This document shows, piece by piece, positions 40,374-50,550 of a stretch of 64,000 nucleotides of DNA. The DNA lies in contig CAWJIE010000007.1 in NCBI GenBank assembly GCA_963842885.1, positions 1 through 64,000 on the forward strand, in the 5' to 3' direction. The notes under the pieces were generated by a model that saw nothing but the letters and a program-made list of their open reading frames with translations, did not search any database and was not told the origin of the DNA. This DNA is from an uncultured Nitrososphaerota archaeon (GTDB lineage: Archaea > Thermoproteota > Nitrososphaeria > Conexivisphaerales > DTJL01). Position numbers and translations under genes: made by a program. The first letter of the stretch is position 1. The number at the start of each line of letters is the position of its first letter.

Positions 40374-41631
40374 ATGCAAGTGAGAGTTCTCGGCGCTGCC
40401 AACGAAGTGGGCAGGTCCGCCGTCTTCGTCGAGTCGGACGGCACGCGTCTCCTCCTCGACTACGGCGTAAAGCTGGCTCGGGAGCCCGAGTTCCCCATAC
40501 ACGTCCGGCCTAAGGACGTCGACGGCGTGGTGATTTCTCACGCCCACCTCGACCACGTCGGAGCCGCGCCTCTGTTCTACCTCTCAGCGGGGCCCGTCCT
40601 GGCCTCGACCGCGGTGACGTTGGAGCTTTCCAAGGTCCTCCTCTACGACTTCCTGAAGATCTCCGGTTCTATCCTCCCATTCGACGGAGATGCCGTCGCC
40701 AACATGGCCGACAAGACCCAGCTCGAAGGCTACACCGAGGGTTTCAAGCTCGGCAACCTGAAGGTGGGATTTAGGGACGCCGGGCACATCCCCGGCAGCG
40801 CGATAACGACCATCGAAGGCAGCAGGAAGCTCGTCTACACGGGAGACATGAACAGGACACCCACTCAGCTTCTCGCTCCGGCGGATGTGGACGGACTGGA
40901 AGCGGACGTCATCATCACCGAGAGCACCTACGCGCAGGCAGATCACCCGGACCGCGTGAAGGAGGAGGAGAGGTTCGTCAAGTACGCCGAGCAGATAGTC
41001 AGTGACGGAGGCACACTGCTCGTTCCATCATTCGCCGTGGGCAGGGCCCAGGAGCTGGCCTGCATGCTGTACAGCCACGGCTTCAAGCACAGGGTCTACA
41101 TGGACGGAATGGCGCTCAAGGCCAACCAGATACTCCTCGAGCATCCCGAATCTGTGAGGGACCCGACGCTTCTCAAGAGAGTCGCTCGGCAAGGTCCAGT
41201 TCGTCGAGGACTGGGGCGCGCGCCGCAGGGCCGTGGCCGACGCGTCGGTGATCATTTCGCCCGCCGGGATGCTGGTGGGTGGCTTTTCGACCTTCTACAA
41301 CAAGTCGGTGGCCAAGAACAAGAGGAATGCCATCGCCATCGTTTCGTTCCAGGTGCCGGGGACGCCCGGCAGGACCCTGCTGGAGAAGAAGGAGGTCAAG
41401 CTCGACGGAAAGAGGTACAAGGTGGCAGCCGACGTGCAGAGGTTCGACTTTTCTTCACATCTGGGTATGACCGACTTGTTCAATTTGTTTAAGGAGAAGG
41501 TCAAGGGCTCTCCAAAGGTGATAGTGGTCCATGGAGAGCGTGAGAACAGCGAAGAGTTCGCGAAGCGCCTGCGGGGGGAGCTCGGCCTAGACGCCACGTC
41601 CCCCGAAGCTGGTGAGACATTTGAAATCTAG
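40374..41631 (+). CDS. beta-CASP metallo-beta-lactamase ribonuclease (aCPSF2-like); frameshift near 41185
   Basis: EVGRS, SHAHLDHVG, AGHIPG, ESTY, FSSH and VVHGE motifs. Confidence 0.9.
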
Positions 41632-42151
41632 AGGTACCATATCCTTCGTGTCCCTCGGCGGGCCGTTCGTGGTGACGGACTTCAAGGGCCTGGAGACGGC
41701 TGCCGGGATCTTCGACCTGAAGCCGACCCTCTTCAGAACGCCAGTCCCGCTGGAGGAGGCCGAGCTCAACGCAGCACGGAAGCAATACGACGCAGCGGCG
41801 ATCCTGAAGAGGCTGGAGGGGCTGGTCAAGGCTAGCGGCTCGAACTTCGTCATCGGCATCACCGAGAAGGACATCTACGTGCAGGGCTCCAACTATGTAT
41901 TCGGTCTCGCAGACCCCCAGCGATCGGCAGGGGTCGTCAGCCTGGCCAGGCTGAGGGTGAACTCGAACCCCTCCCTCCTGAACGAGAGGATCATGAAGGA
42001 GGCCTCGCACGAAATCGGTCACCTTGTCGGGCTGAAACACTGCCCAGAGCCAACCTGCATCATGAGCTTCGCCAACTCGACCTTCGACGTCGACTCGAAG
42101 CTTCCCATGCTCTGCAAGGAATGCCTGGCGCAGATAGGCGTGAAGTTTTGA
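41612..42151 (+). CDS. amzA: archaemetzincin zinc protease
   Basis: HEIGHLVGLKHC...CIM...LCKEC. Confidence 0.9.
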   Translation: MRHLKSRGTISFVSLGGPFVVTDFKGLETAAGIFDLKPTLFRTPVPLEEAELNAARKQYDAAAILKRLEGLVKASGSNFVIGITEKDIYVQGSNYVFGLADPQRSAGVVSLARLRVNSNPSLLNERIMKEASHEIGHLVGLKHCPEPTCIMSFANSTFDVDSKLPMLCKECLAQIGVKF

Positions 42152-42925
42152 AGATCGGGACATTTCCCATAGTACTCCTGTTCACGTTGGCTGCCCAGCT
42201 GGCAGCATTGATCTTCACCTTCCAACTGGTGCAGATCCAGGGCCTGGTGACGTTCACGCCTGTCCAGGGCAGCAGCGGTCCCCTCTTCAACTCCCTCATC
42301 TTCCTGGCCTTCCCTGTGGCCGGGAGCCTCCTCTTCCTGAAGTTCTACCGTAGCAGGGTCTTCAAGTACGTCTACGCGCTGGGCGAGGCCATCCTCGTGG
42401 CATTCCTCAGCTTTCTGATCCTCGTCCTCTCCGGGATCGACTTCCTTCCCTCGGTGGTCGCCTCCATCACGGCTGGCATCATAGGCTTCATCATTCTGAT
42501 CTACGGCAAGTCCACCTCCAAGGCCGCCTTCAGCCTCCTCCTCAGCAGCGAGGCCGGCGCCTACCTGGCTTTGGTCTTCACGCCGCCCACGATATACATC
42601 ATCCTCCTCCTCTTCGCCCTCTACGACTACTACTCCGTCAACAGGGGGCCTCTCAAGAAGGTGGTCGAGCAGGTGCCGTTCGGAGCCCTCAGCGTCGACT
42701 TCGGGAACGTGAGCATGGGGCTGGGGGACGAGCTCTTCTACTCGATGATCCCCTCGGCGGCATATCTAATGCGCGGCCCCGTGGCCGCCGCCTTGATGCT
42801 GGTCGTGATAGATCGTCGGCGTGGTCGCCACTCTCATGCTCCTATCCAAAAGGAAGGCCCTGCCCGGGCTTACGATCCCTCTGCTGCTGGCTCTGGGCCT
42901 CTTCGCCGTTCTGACCTTCGCCTAG
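42148..42925 (+). CDS. presenilin/SPP-type GxGD intramembrane aspartic protease (frameshift near 42815)
   Basis: ALYDYYSV and MGLGD catalytic motifs; ALPGL in the shifted frame. Confidence 0.8.
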
Positions 42926-43122
42926 GCCTTTATCTCTTTGATGGGCTTGGAGACGTTCTTCAGGAGCTTGTCGGCCTCGGCCTTCTCCGCGACGTATGTG
43001 TACAAGAGATGTTTCGTCTTGAGCTTCAGTTTCACCTTTTCGTCGCCTCGGACCACCCTAATCTCGTCGGCCTTCTCGATTAGCTTCTTGAACGACTTCG
43101 CATCGTAGATCTGCCTTGGCAA
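42922..43122 (-). CDS. rpl38e: ribosomal protein eL38
   Basis: MPRQI...KVKLKLKTKHLLYTY...ADKL. Confidence 0.8.
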   Translation of the reverse strand: MPRQIYDAKSFKKLIEKADEIRVVRGDEKVKLKLKTKHLLYTYVAEKAEADKLLKNVSKPIKEIKA

Positions 43123-43169
43123 CACGAATACCTCGACGCCCATCTCAACAGGAGATAGGATATAAAGGC

Positions 43170-44378
43170 TTACTGGAGGACGTTCCAGGAGACCTTCGTC
43201 TGAAGGATTTGGTTCCCTGCGTTGCCCACGCGCTGCAGGATCCTCAGCGGCATCCCGTTCCTCTCAAGGTAGCCCACGAAGGCCAGGAGCCAGAGGCTCT
43301 CGGGGAAGACCTTCGCGGGCTCCGAGACCTCGAAGGTCAGCATCTTCGTCAGGCTATCGTAGCGCACCTTCCCCCTGCCCTCGAGTGAAAGGCTGATCAG
43401 CTCGGACCAGGCCGGCAGAGCGGCATCGGGGCTCATGGAGAAGACTTCGCTGGAGATGGTCACTGCCACCCTGTCATAGAACTCCCCAGCCAGCTTCCTG
43501 AGCTCGTCTTCGTCCATCCTCTCCATAACGGTCCCGACGAAGGACCTGTACAGGGACGAATCGCCCTTGATGGAGGGAAGCTCGTCGCCGATGTTGAGGT
43601 TCATGAGCCGCATGAATTGCGCGAGGTCCACGGCGGAGTCCCAGTACGGGGCGAACAGGGTATGGTCCAGGAAGGCGGCGATCTCCGCGATGGGCAAGAA
43701 TAGAGCGCTTCCCGTGCTGCTGTTGGTGATGAGCAGGCTGGAGCCGTCAGCAATGAACACGTTCCTCCCTTCCATCACCTGCCCAACCTTGGCCGATATG
43801 GGGAGGCCGAGTTGCTCCTGGAGCGGCTCCTGGTCCTTGTACGACACGACCACTTTGATGTCTGCCTCGCTCATGTTCAGCGACGCCAGGGAGTCCCTGC
43901 AGTCATGGAGCATGGAGAGGCCCCTGCCGTCGACGAGGGCGTGGAACGAGTACCGGGCTTCAGACACCAACTCGACGACCTTCCGGCCTGCCTCCTCTGA
44001 CACGTACATGTAGTATTTTCCTTCGGCGAGGCTTCTCCCCCTGAGCGAGCTATTCTTCATCTTGTTGATCTTCGCGATGGCCGTCCTCATGCCCTTCAGC
44101 CGGGCCTCCTCCTCGGCCAACGCCTCCTTGAATCCCTCCTCCACGTCTTGGGCACTGCATTTGAGCGGCGTGTCGTAAAGCTTCACGAGGTTCTTCGCGG
44201 CGAGGCTCCTCAGAGCGGCATATGACTTCGTCCTCGGTACGGCGGCGCTGAACGCCAGGTCCTTGACCCTGGATGGCCCGTTGCTCAGCAGGGTCAGGTA
44301 GAGCTTCGCCTCATATTCGGTGAGCCCGAGCTCCTTCATGGCTCCGATCAACGGCTGGCTGCCTGAGGCTCTCGTCAA
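43170..44378 (-). CDS. TrmB family transcriptional regulator
   Basis: LGLTEYEAKLYLTLL...VPRTKSYAALRSL HTH domain. Confidence 0.85.
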   Translation of the reverse strand: MTRASGSQPLIGAMKELGLTEYEAKLYLTLLSNGPSRVKDLAFSAAVPRTKSYAALRSLAAKNLVKLYDTPLKCSAQDVEEGFKEALAEEEARLKGMRTAIAKINKMKNSSLRGRSLAEGKYYMYVSEEAGRKVVELVSEARYSFHALVDGRGLSMLHDCRDSLASLNMSEADIKVVVSYKDQEPLQEQLGLPISAKVGQVMEGRNVFIADGSSLLITNSSTGSALFLPIAEIAAFLDHTLFAPYWDSAVDLAQFMRLMNLNIGDELPSIKGDSSLYRSFVGTVMERMDEDELRKLAGEFYDRVAVTISSEVFSMSPDAALPAWSELISLSLEGRGKVRYDSLTKMLTFEVSEPAKVFPESLWLLAFVGYLERNGMPLRILQRVGNAGNQILQTKVSWNVLQ

Positions 44379-44448
44379 CTTGAGCCTTCGCTCGGCCGTC
44401 GCCCTTAGAAGGAGTCAAGTGCAAAGTTCTTCACAACGTGCTCAACGG

Positions 44449-44483
44449 CCTGTCACCGTGACCCCTGTCACCGGAGTGACAGG
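44449..44483. promoter_or_regulatory. palindromic operator candidate between trmB and the cdv genes
   Basis: CCTGTCAC-cgga-GTGACAGG at 44464-44483 plus a direct repeat of CCTGTCACCG at 44449. Confidence 0.5.
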
Positions 44484-44545
44484 ATTCGTGGGTTACAACA
44501 GTCATAAAGTGCGCATATGGGCGTCAACTGCCAAGGTGCCTAATA

Positions 44546-45187
44546 ATGTCCGAATTCAGTAAGAAATGGCAGAGTCCCCAGGGCGCCGGCTTTGGGGAGA
44601 AAGTAAAGGACGCGGTCAGACCCGCTGGTCCTCTGAAGCCCCGCATCGATCAAGCTGTACGAGGGATACAGATCCAGGTATCGAAGCTCGAGAACACAAG
44701 CAACAAGCTGAAGGAGAGGGACGGAGCGCTCTTCACGAAGGTCGTCTCCTCCATCCAGAAGCACGACATGCAGCACGCATCAGTCTACGCCAACGAGCTG
44801 AGCGAGATCAGGAAGATGGCAAAGATGGTCACTTCCGCGAGAATCGCGCTCGAGCAGATAATACTCAGGCTCAACACCGCGACGGAGCTTGGTGACATCG
44901 TAGTCACCCTGGCCCCCGCCATGGCCGTAATCAAGAGCGTGAAGTCCGGCCTGGTCGGTGTGATGCCTGAAGCTGAGCAGGAGATCGGCGAGATCAACAA
45001 CGTGCTCAGCAGCATCCTGGTCGACGCCGGACAGCTTGGCGGCTTGACCCTCAACTTCGAGGCTGCTAACGAGGACGCCGAACACATACTCGCAGAGGCG
45101 TCCGCGGTGGCGGAGCAGAAGATGAAGGACAAGTTCCCCGACCTGCCAAGCATGACTGGCGAGGCCGGCCAGAGCTTCTCACAATAG
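44546..45187 (+). CDS. ESCRT-III/Snf7 protein (CdvB1/B2-type)
   Basis: ASVYANELSEIRK...ALEQIILRLNT...LGD helical core; no winged-helix tail. Confidence 0.9.
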   Translation: MSEFSKKWQSPQGAGFGEKVKDAVRPAGPLKPRIDQAVRGIQIQVSKLENTSNKLKERDGALFTKVVSSIQKHDMQHASVYANELSEIRKMAKMVTSARIALEQIILRLNTATELGDIVVTLAPAMAVIKSVKSGLVGVMPEAEQEIGEINNVLSSILVDAGQLGGLTLNFEAANEDAEHILAEASAVAEQKMKDKFPDLPSMTGEAGQSFSQ

Positions 45188-45219
45188 ACGCACGGAAAGG
45201 GTGATGGGCTGACGAAAGG

Positions 45220-45270
45220 GAGGTCGCCGGGTCTGACCGGCGACCTCTCAAACTTCTTTTTTAGTTCTTG
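45220..45270 (+). terminator. hairpin plus T-rich tract after the ESCRT-III gene
   Basis: GAGGTCGCCGG-gtctga-CCGGCGACCTC (11-bp stem), then CTTCTTTTTT. Confidence 0.6.
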
Positions 45271-45378
45271 TTTTATTGTCTTAATTTGATTGTTAATCAT
45301 TTGTGACCATTATGATTCTAAACGAAGATGGCTGTTCGACTAGCGTCATTGGGCATAGCGGAGGCAGGCTGACCTACT

Positions 45379-46203
45379 TTGAGACTGAACTGGGGTTCCA
45401 AGAAGACGGACGAGAACCTCCGTGAGAAGATCTCGGACGCGATAAGGAAGCTGGAGCTTCACAGGAGGGAAGTGGAGACCCTGCGCCACCGCCTCGAGGA
45501 GAGGAGAGTGAAGCTCTTCGACATAATTGTCTCCTCGGTGCAGAAGCAGGAGAGGGAAAGGGCCTCGGTCTACGCCAACGAGCATGTGGAAGTGAAGAAG
45601 ATCATACGCGTGCTCGTGACCTGCGAACTAGCCCTTACCCAGGTGATACTACGTCTGGAAAGCATAAGGGACATCGGGGACGCCATGACCGAGATGGGGC
45701 ACGCCTTCAAGGTAATCAAGGGCGTCGGCACGGTCCTCAACGGCCTCAGCGCCGACGTGATGAACGTCCAGGAGGACATCCAGAACACGCTCAGCGATAC
45801 GATGGCCGAGCTGGGCCAGGTGGCGCCCAACCTGAACATCGACGTCAACACGTCCAGCGGCGAAGAGATAGTCGAAGAGGCGATGCGATACCTGGAGAAC
45901 GAAATCGAGAACAGCGACCTCCCCGAGCCGATCACCGCCGCCCCCGACCCGACGGCCTTCGACAGGGTGAAGAGGACGGCCCTCCTCGCGGCGGGAGAAG
46001 GCGACGAGGACCCATTCAAGATCGACATCTTCCAGTCGTCAGGCCACAAGCCGCTGGAGGACGCGGTCGCCGACTACGTCAACTCTCAGGGAGGGAAGCT
46101 GAACGTATACGAAGCCGCGGTCGCCCTGAACGCCCCCCTCGACGACGTCGAGAAGACCGTGATCAAGCTCGTCAGGGAAGGTCGCGTCAAGGTGGGCAGC
46201 TAG
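45379..46203 (+). CDS. cdvB: ESCRT-III cell division protein CdvB with C-terminal winged-helix
   Basis: Snf7 core plus YVNSQGGKLNVYEAA...LVREGRVKV tail; directly upstream of Vps4. Confidence 0.85.
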   Translation: MRLNWGSKKTDENLREKISDAIRKLELHRREVETLRHRLEERRVKLFDIIVSSVQKQERERASVYANEHVEVKKIIRVLVTCELALTQVILRLESIRDIGDAMTEMGHAFKVIKGVGTVLNGLSADVMNVQEDIQNTLSDTMAELGQVAPNLNIDVNTSSGEEIVEEAMRYLENEIENSDLPEPITAAPDPTAFDRVKRTALLAAGEGDEDPFKIDIFQSSGHKPLEDAVADYVNSQGGKLNVYEAAVALNAPLDDVEKTVIKLVREGRVKVGS

Positions 46204-46222
46204 GAAGGGAGTCGCATAGCTC

Positions 46223-47431
46223 ATGAGCGAACAGGCAGCAAAGATGTTGGAGGAGGCCGCCAGCAAGCACGCCAGCGACGCGATCAAGGCCGACAGCGAG
46301 GCTCGCTACGGTCAGGCCATAAGCAGCTACCAGAAGGCCATCTCGACTCTGATGCGTCTCGTCCAGCTCTATCCGGAATACAAGCTCAACCAGATGTACC
46401 TGCAGCGGGCCATGGCATATCAGGAGAGGATCAAGGCCCTGCAGTCCGCCAGGGGCTTCATGCCCCCCGACGAAGGGGGGATGCCCGATGAGGACACATA
46501 TTCGTCAGGGGGCGCACCGCCATCCGGCGGGGGCCCCATGGTCGTGGAGAAGATCAAGGCCTCGTATGACGACCTCGTGCTCAAGGAGAAACCCGACGTC
46601 AGCATCGAAGACGTCGTTGGCCTGGAGGACGCCAAGCGCGCGTTGAAGGAGGCCATCGTCTTCCCCTGCAAGAGGCCCGACCTGTTTCCCTTGGGCTGGC
46701 CAAGAGGGCTGTTGCTCTACGGCCCCCCTGGGTGCGGGAAGACCATGCTGGCGGCGGCCACGGCCGCGGAGATCGAGGGTTCCTTCATGACCGTCGACGC
46801 GGCCAGCATCATGAGCAAGTGGCTGGGCGAGGGAGAGAGGAACGTCGCAAAGCTCTTCAACGCGGCGAGGAAGCTGTCCGAGAAGGGCCAGCCTGCGATC
46901 ATCTTCATCGACGAGGTGGACTCCCTCCTCGGTGTGAGGTCCCAGGAGGTGGGCGGCGAGGTTAGGGTCAGGAACCAGTTCCTGAAGGAGATGGACGGGC
47001 TCGCCGACAAGGGCAAGAACATTCAGATGTACATCCTTGCGGCCACGAACAAGCCCTGGGTCCTGGACACGCCATTCCTGAGGCGTTTCCAGAAGAGGAT
47101 CTACGTCATGCTCCCCGACCCCGCTTCTAGGCGCCACATGTTCGAGCTTTACACCAAGCCACTTTCGATGGACCCCAGCGTCCAGGTGGACGAGCTGGGG
47201 CGTCTGGGCGAGAACTATTCGGGGAGCGACATAAAGGACATCTGCCAGTCTGTCCAGCTGCGGGTCGTCAGCGAGCTCTTCGAGAGCGGCCACGGGATGG
47301 AACCGGGCAGCCGCACGAGAGCCATATCAATGAACGACTTCAGGGAGGTCTTCAGGACGAGGAAGCCCAGCGTGCCCCAGGAGACCCTGAAGGCATACAT
47401 AAAGTGGAGCGAGCAGTACAAGGCCCTCTAG
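46223..47431 (+). CDS. cdvC: Vps4/CdvC AAA+ ATPase
   Basis: N-terminal MIT domain; FPLGWPRG, GPPGCGKT, IFIDEVD and ATNKPW motifs. Confidence 0.95.
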   Translation: MSEQAAKMLEEAASKHASDAIKADSEARYGQAISSYQKAISTLMRLVQLYPEYKLNQMYLQRAMAYQERIKALQSARGFMPPDEGGMPDEDTYSSGGAPPSGGGPMVVEKIKASYDDLVLKEKPDVSIEDVVGLEDAKRALKEAIVFPCKRPDLFPLGWPRGLLLYGPPGCGKTMLAAATAAEIEGSFMTVDAASIMSKWLGEGERNVAKLFNAARKLSEKGQPAIIFIDEVDSLLGVRSQEVGGEVRVRNQFLKEMDGLADKGKNIQMYILAATNKPWVLDTPFLRRFQKRIYVMLPDPASRRHMFELYTKPLSMDPSVQVDELGRLGENYSGSDIKDICQSVQLRVVSELFESGHGMEPGSRTRAISMNDFREVFRTRKPSVPQETLKAYIKWSEQYKAL

Positions 47432-47450
47432 GAGCGCTTCCGTTCCAGGG

Positions 47451-48764
47451 CTATGGGGTCAGCCGCAGCGAATCCCTCGGGTAGAGGACGGCCTCGCGCA
47501 CGTTGGCGCTTCCGGTGACCTGGGCGACGAATCTTTCGACCCCGAACCCCCAGCCGGCGTGAGGAGGCATTCCCCAATCGTAGACGCGAAGATGGTCCCT
47601 GAAGAGCTCCAGATCAAGTCCCTTCTCCTTCAGTCTGTCTTCGAGTATGGACCGTTCTGCGACGCGTTCCCCGCCCGATGCCAGCTCGAGCGGCCCGTGC
47701 ATTAGGTCGAATGACTCGCTGACCTCGGGTCTTTGGGGATTGGGCTTGATGTAGAAGGGCTTGATGGAGGACGGCCATTCCGTCAGGAAATAGTATCCAG
47801 GATGGGCTTCGCCTAGTGCCTTCAGGGAGTCGCCGTCTAGGTCGTCGCCGAAGCTGGCTTTCAAGCCCTTCCCCTGTATTTCTCTGATGGCGTCTTCGTA
47901 TCTCAGGACGAGGAAGGGAGCCTCGGCAGGTTCGGGCTGGCGTCTCAGGAGCTCGAAATCCGCCTTGCACACCTCAGCCAAGTGCCGGATGCTGTCGGCG
48001 GTCAGGTCTTCAACGAGGCCCATGGCGTCCTCCTTCGTGAACAAGGCCGCTTCGGCGTCGAGTCCCAGGAACTCGTTCAAGTGGCGCGTCGTGTGGCTCT
48101 TCTCGGCTCTGAAATAAGTCCCCACCTCGTAGACCCTTTCGAGCGACAGGGTGAGCTCCTCTTTGTACAGCTGCGGGCTCTGGGCCAGGCAGGCCTCTCT
48201 ACCGAAGTAGTCAAAGCCGAAGAGCTCAGCACCTCCTTCGGTGGCGGCCCCGATCATCTTGGGCGTGCGCACCTCAATGAAACCCTTGAGCTCAAGGAAC
48301 TTCCTTGCGAAGTTCAGAAACTCGGCCTCGATCCTGAATATGGCTGCCGAGCGGGGGTTCCGCAGGTCCAGGGGCCTGGCGTCCAGCCGTGTGTCCAGCG
48401 CGGCTTCCACTCGGCCGGTCGGGTCCAGAGGGAGCGGATGGACGGCCTTGGCCAGCAAGACAAAGGAAGTGGTTTCGATTTCGAATCGGGAGATCTTGGA
48501 GCGGCTCTCCTTCACTATCCCGGTGACGCTAACGAAGCTCTGCCTCGGAAGCGACCCGGCTTCGGCGAACCTCTGGTCGCCTAGGGACTTCTTGTTGAAG
48601 ACGGCCTGAAGAACGCCGTGGCTATCTCGAATGGTGAAGAAGACCAGGGAGCCGATTGAACGGAGGTCCTCTATCCACCCTGCCACGGTGACGCTCTTGC
48701 CGACGACGCTCTCGTCGATCTGATCAGAGTACCTATCTCTTCTCGGGCCTGTCTTCTCGCTCAA
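47451..48764 (-). CDS. aspS: aspartyl-tRNA synthetase, archaeal type
   Basis: OB fold; EGGAELF, LAQSPQLYK, FRAE and PPHAGWGFGVER motifs. Confidence 0.95.
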   Translation of the reverse strand: MSEKTGPRRDRYSDQIDESVVGKSVTVAGWIEDLRSIGSLVFFTIRDSHGVLQAVFNKKSLGDQRFAEAGSLPRQSFVSVTGIVKESRSKISRFEIETTSFVLLAKAVHPLPLDPTGRVEAALDTRLDARPLDLRNPRSAAIFRIEAEFLNFARKFLELKGFIEVRTPKMIGAATEGGAELFGFDYFGREACLAQSPQLYKEELTLSLERVYEVGTYFRAEKSHTTRHLNEFLGLDAEAALFTKEDAMGLVEDLTADSIRHLAEVCKADFELLRRQPEPAEAPFLVLRYEDAIREIQGKGLKASFGDDLDGDSLKALGEAHPGYYFLTEWPSSIKPFYIKPNPQRPEVSESFDLMHGPLELASGGERVAERSILEDRLKEKGLDLELFRDHLRVYDWGMPPHAGWGFGVERFVAQVTGSANVREAVLYPRDSLRLTP

Positions 48765-49260
48765 ACTTGATGACCAGTTCGATTCCTCTTGTGCCTTTGA
48801 CTATCCTTTTTACCTTTTCGAGGTTGACCGGGAAGCGCCCCGTCTTCCGCCCGGGGATGATGACCTTCATCGTCTTGCTCCCATCGGGCAGCCAGACGGT
48901 GTTCATGGTCATTATGCGTGCGGGGAAAAGGAGGTGTTCGACGTAGCGCCTGTCGTCCGTGTCCAGCTCCGTGAACCAAAGTTTCCTGCCCAGCGTCTCC
49001 TCGAGGTTCTTCGTGAACTCCTGGTCTGTCCTGAGGAGGGACATCTCGCCCAGCCCCACCATCAGCACGAGCTCTCCGTCGACTTCGGCGGCCTTGCGAA
49101 GGGTTATCTTGTCCAGCAGGGGGAACTTGCCCACGTTCTTCGCGAGCATGTAGGAGACGTCCACGTCGGTCCTAGAGAGCTCTCCGCTCCGGAGTTTCAT
49201 CTCGCATTTGGGGCACAGAACCCCAACCTTGGCGTCAAAACTACAAATTGGGAGCTTCAA
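48733..49260 (-). CDS. archaeal NusA-like KH-domain protein
   Basis: MKLPICSFDAKVGVLCPKCE N-terminus; NTVWLPDGS. Confidence 0.7.
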   Translation of the reverse strand: MKLPICSFDAKVGVLCPKCEMKLRSGELSRTDVDVSYMLAKNVGKFPLLDKITLRKAAEVDGELVLMVGLGEMSLLRTDQEFTKNLEETLGRKLWFTELDTDDRRYVEHLLFPARIMTMNTVWLPDGSKTMKVIIPGRKTGRFPVNLEKVKRIVKGTRGIELVIKFEREDRPEKR

Positions 49261-49450
49261 ACTTCCGAAACCTCAGAGCTCTGGTAATCTTGCTTGATTT
49301 GCTTGTTTAAATATTTTAGGCCACGCCGCTCAAATCGAAGGAAGTCTCCAGGCTAACCACCTTTCTCGAGTCCCTCACCCACGCTGCCGGGGGGCGATTG
49401 AATGGCGTATTTCTTAAATACGCTTCGCGGGCCTAGGAGGGCTGAATCTT

Positions 49451-50550
49451 ATGAGACTGCTTGAGTACCAGGCGAAGGAGCTTTTCAGGGAGCACGGCGT
49501 CGCTGTGCCGTCGAGTTTCCTTGTCAGGAGCGGCGCCGACCTGGAGGCCGCTGTTGAAAAGGTGGGGATCCCTCTGGTGCTCAAGGCACAGCTCCCAGTG
49601 GGGGGAGGGGAAAGGCCGGCGCGATCCTCAAGGTGATGGAGAAGGAAGAGCTCAAGCCTGCGTACGAGAAGCTCTCCTCCTTGGTGATCTCCGGGCTTCA
49701 GGTAAAGGAGGTGCTGGCGGAGCAGTTCTTCCCGCACGAAAGGGAGTTCTACTGCAGTTTCTTCCAAAACAGGAGCCAGAGATGCTTCTCCCTCATTGTC
49801 ACGAAGGAGGGAGGGATAGACGTGGAGGAGGTCAAGGACAGGGAGGTTGTGGACTTCGGCCTCGACGGACCCTCGGATTCAGATTATGAGCGGGCCGTGT
49901 CCTACTTCCATCTTTCTGAGGAGGACTCTGCGGCCCTCAAGGGTCTCCTGAAGGCGCTGTACTCTCTCTATCAGGGGGCTGAGGGGGACCTGATCGAAAT
50001 CAACCCGCTCGCCTTCACGCCAGGCCAGGGGTTCACGGCTCTGGACGCCAAGGTCATCGTGGATGACAACGCGCTTTTCCGCCATCCGGAGCTGCAGAAG
50101 TTCATGAGGAAGGATTCTTCGGAAGAGGACGCCGAGAGATACGGCTTCAACTTCGTGTCGCTTGACGGGGATGTGGCCGTGGTGGGCAACGGGGCCGGTC
50201 TCGTCTTGGCGACGCTGGACATGATATCGTCCAAGGGGCTGAAGCCGGGATGCTTCCTTGACCTCGGCGGAGGGGCTTCTTCGGACAGGGTCCTGGCAGC
50301 TTTGAAGCTCCTGTCGGCGCAGCCCAACCTCCGTGCCATATTCATCAACGTGTTCGGGGGCATAACGAATGGCGTCTCGGTGGCCGAAGGGATCATACTT
50401 GCGAAATCCCAGGGCATCCTGACTAAACCACTGGTGCTGCGGCTCAGCGGGGCTGGCGACGTTGAGGCAAGGGAGATGCTGGCCAAAGAAGGGCTGAAGT
50501 CGTTCATAGAAGAGCAGGAAGCACTCTCGGCGGCGGGGATGTGGAAGTAG
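49451..50550 (+). CDS. sucC: succinyl-CoA synthetase beta subunit (frameshift near 49610)
   Basis: LLEYQAKELF, EINPL, NGAGL, FLDLGGG and NVFGGI motifs. Confidence 0.9.
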
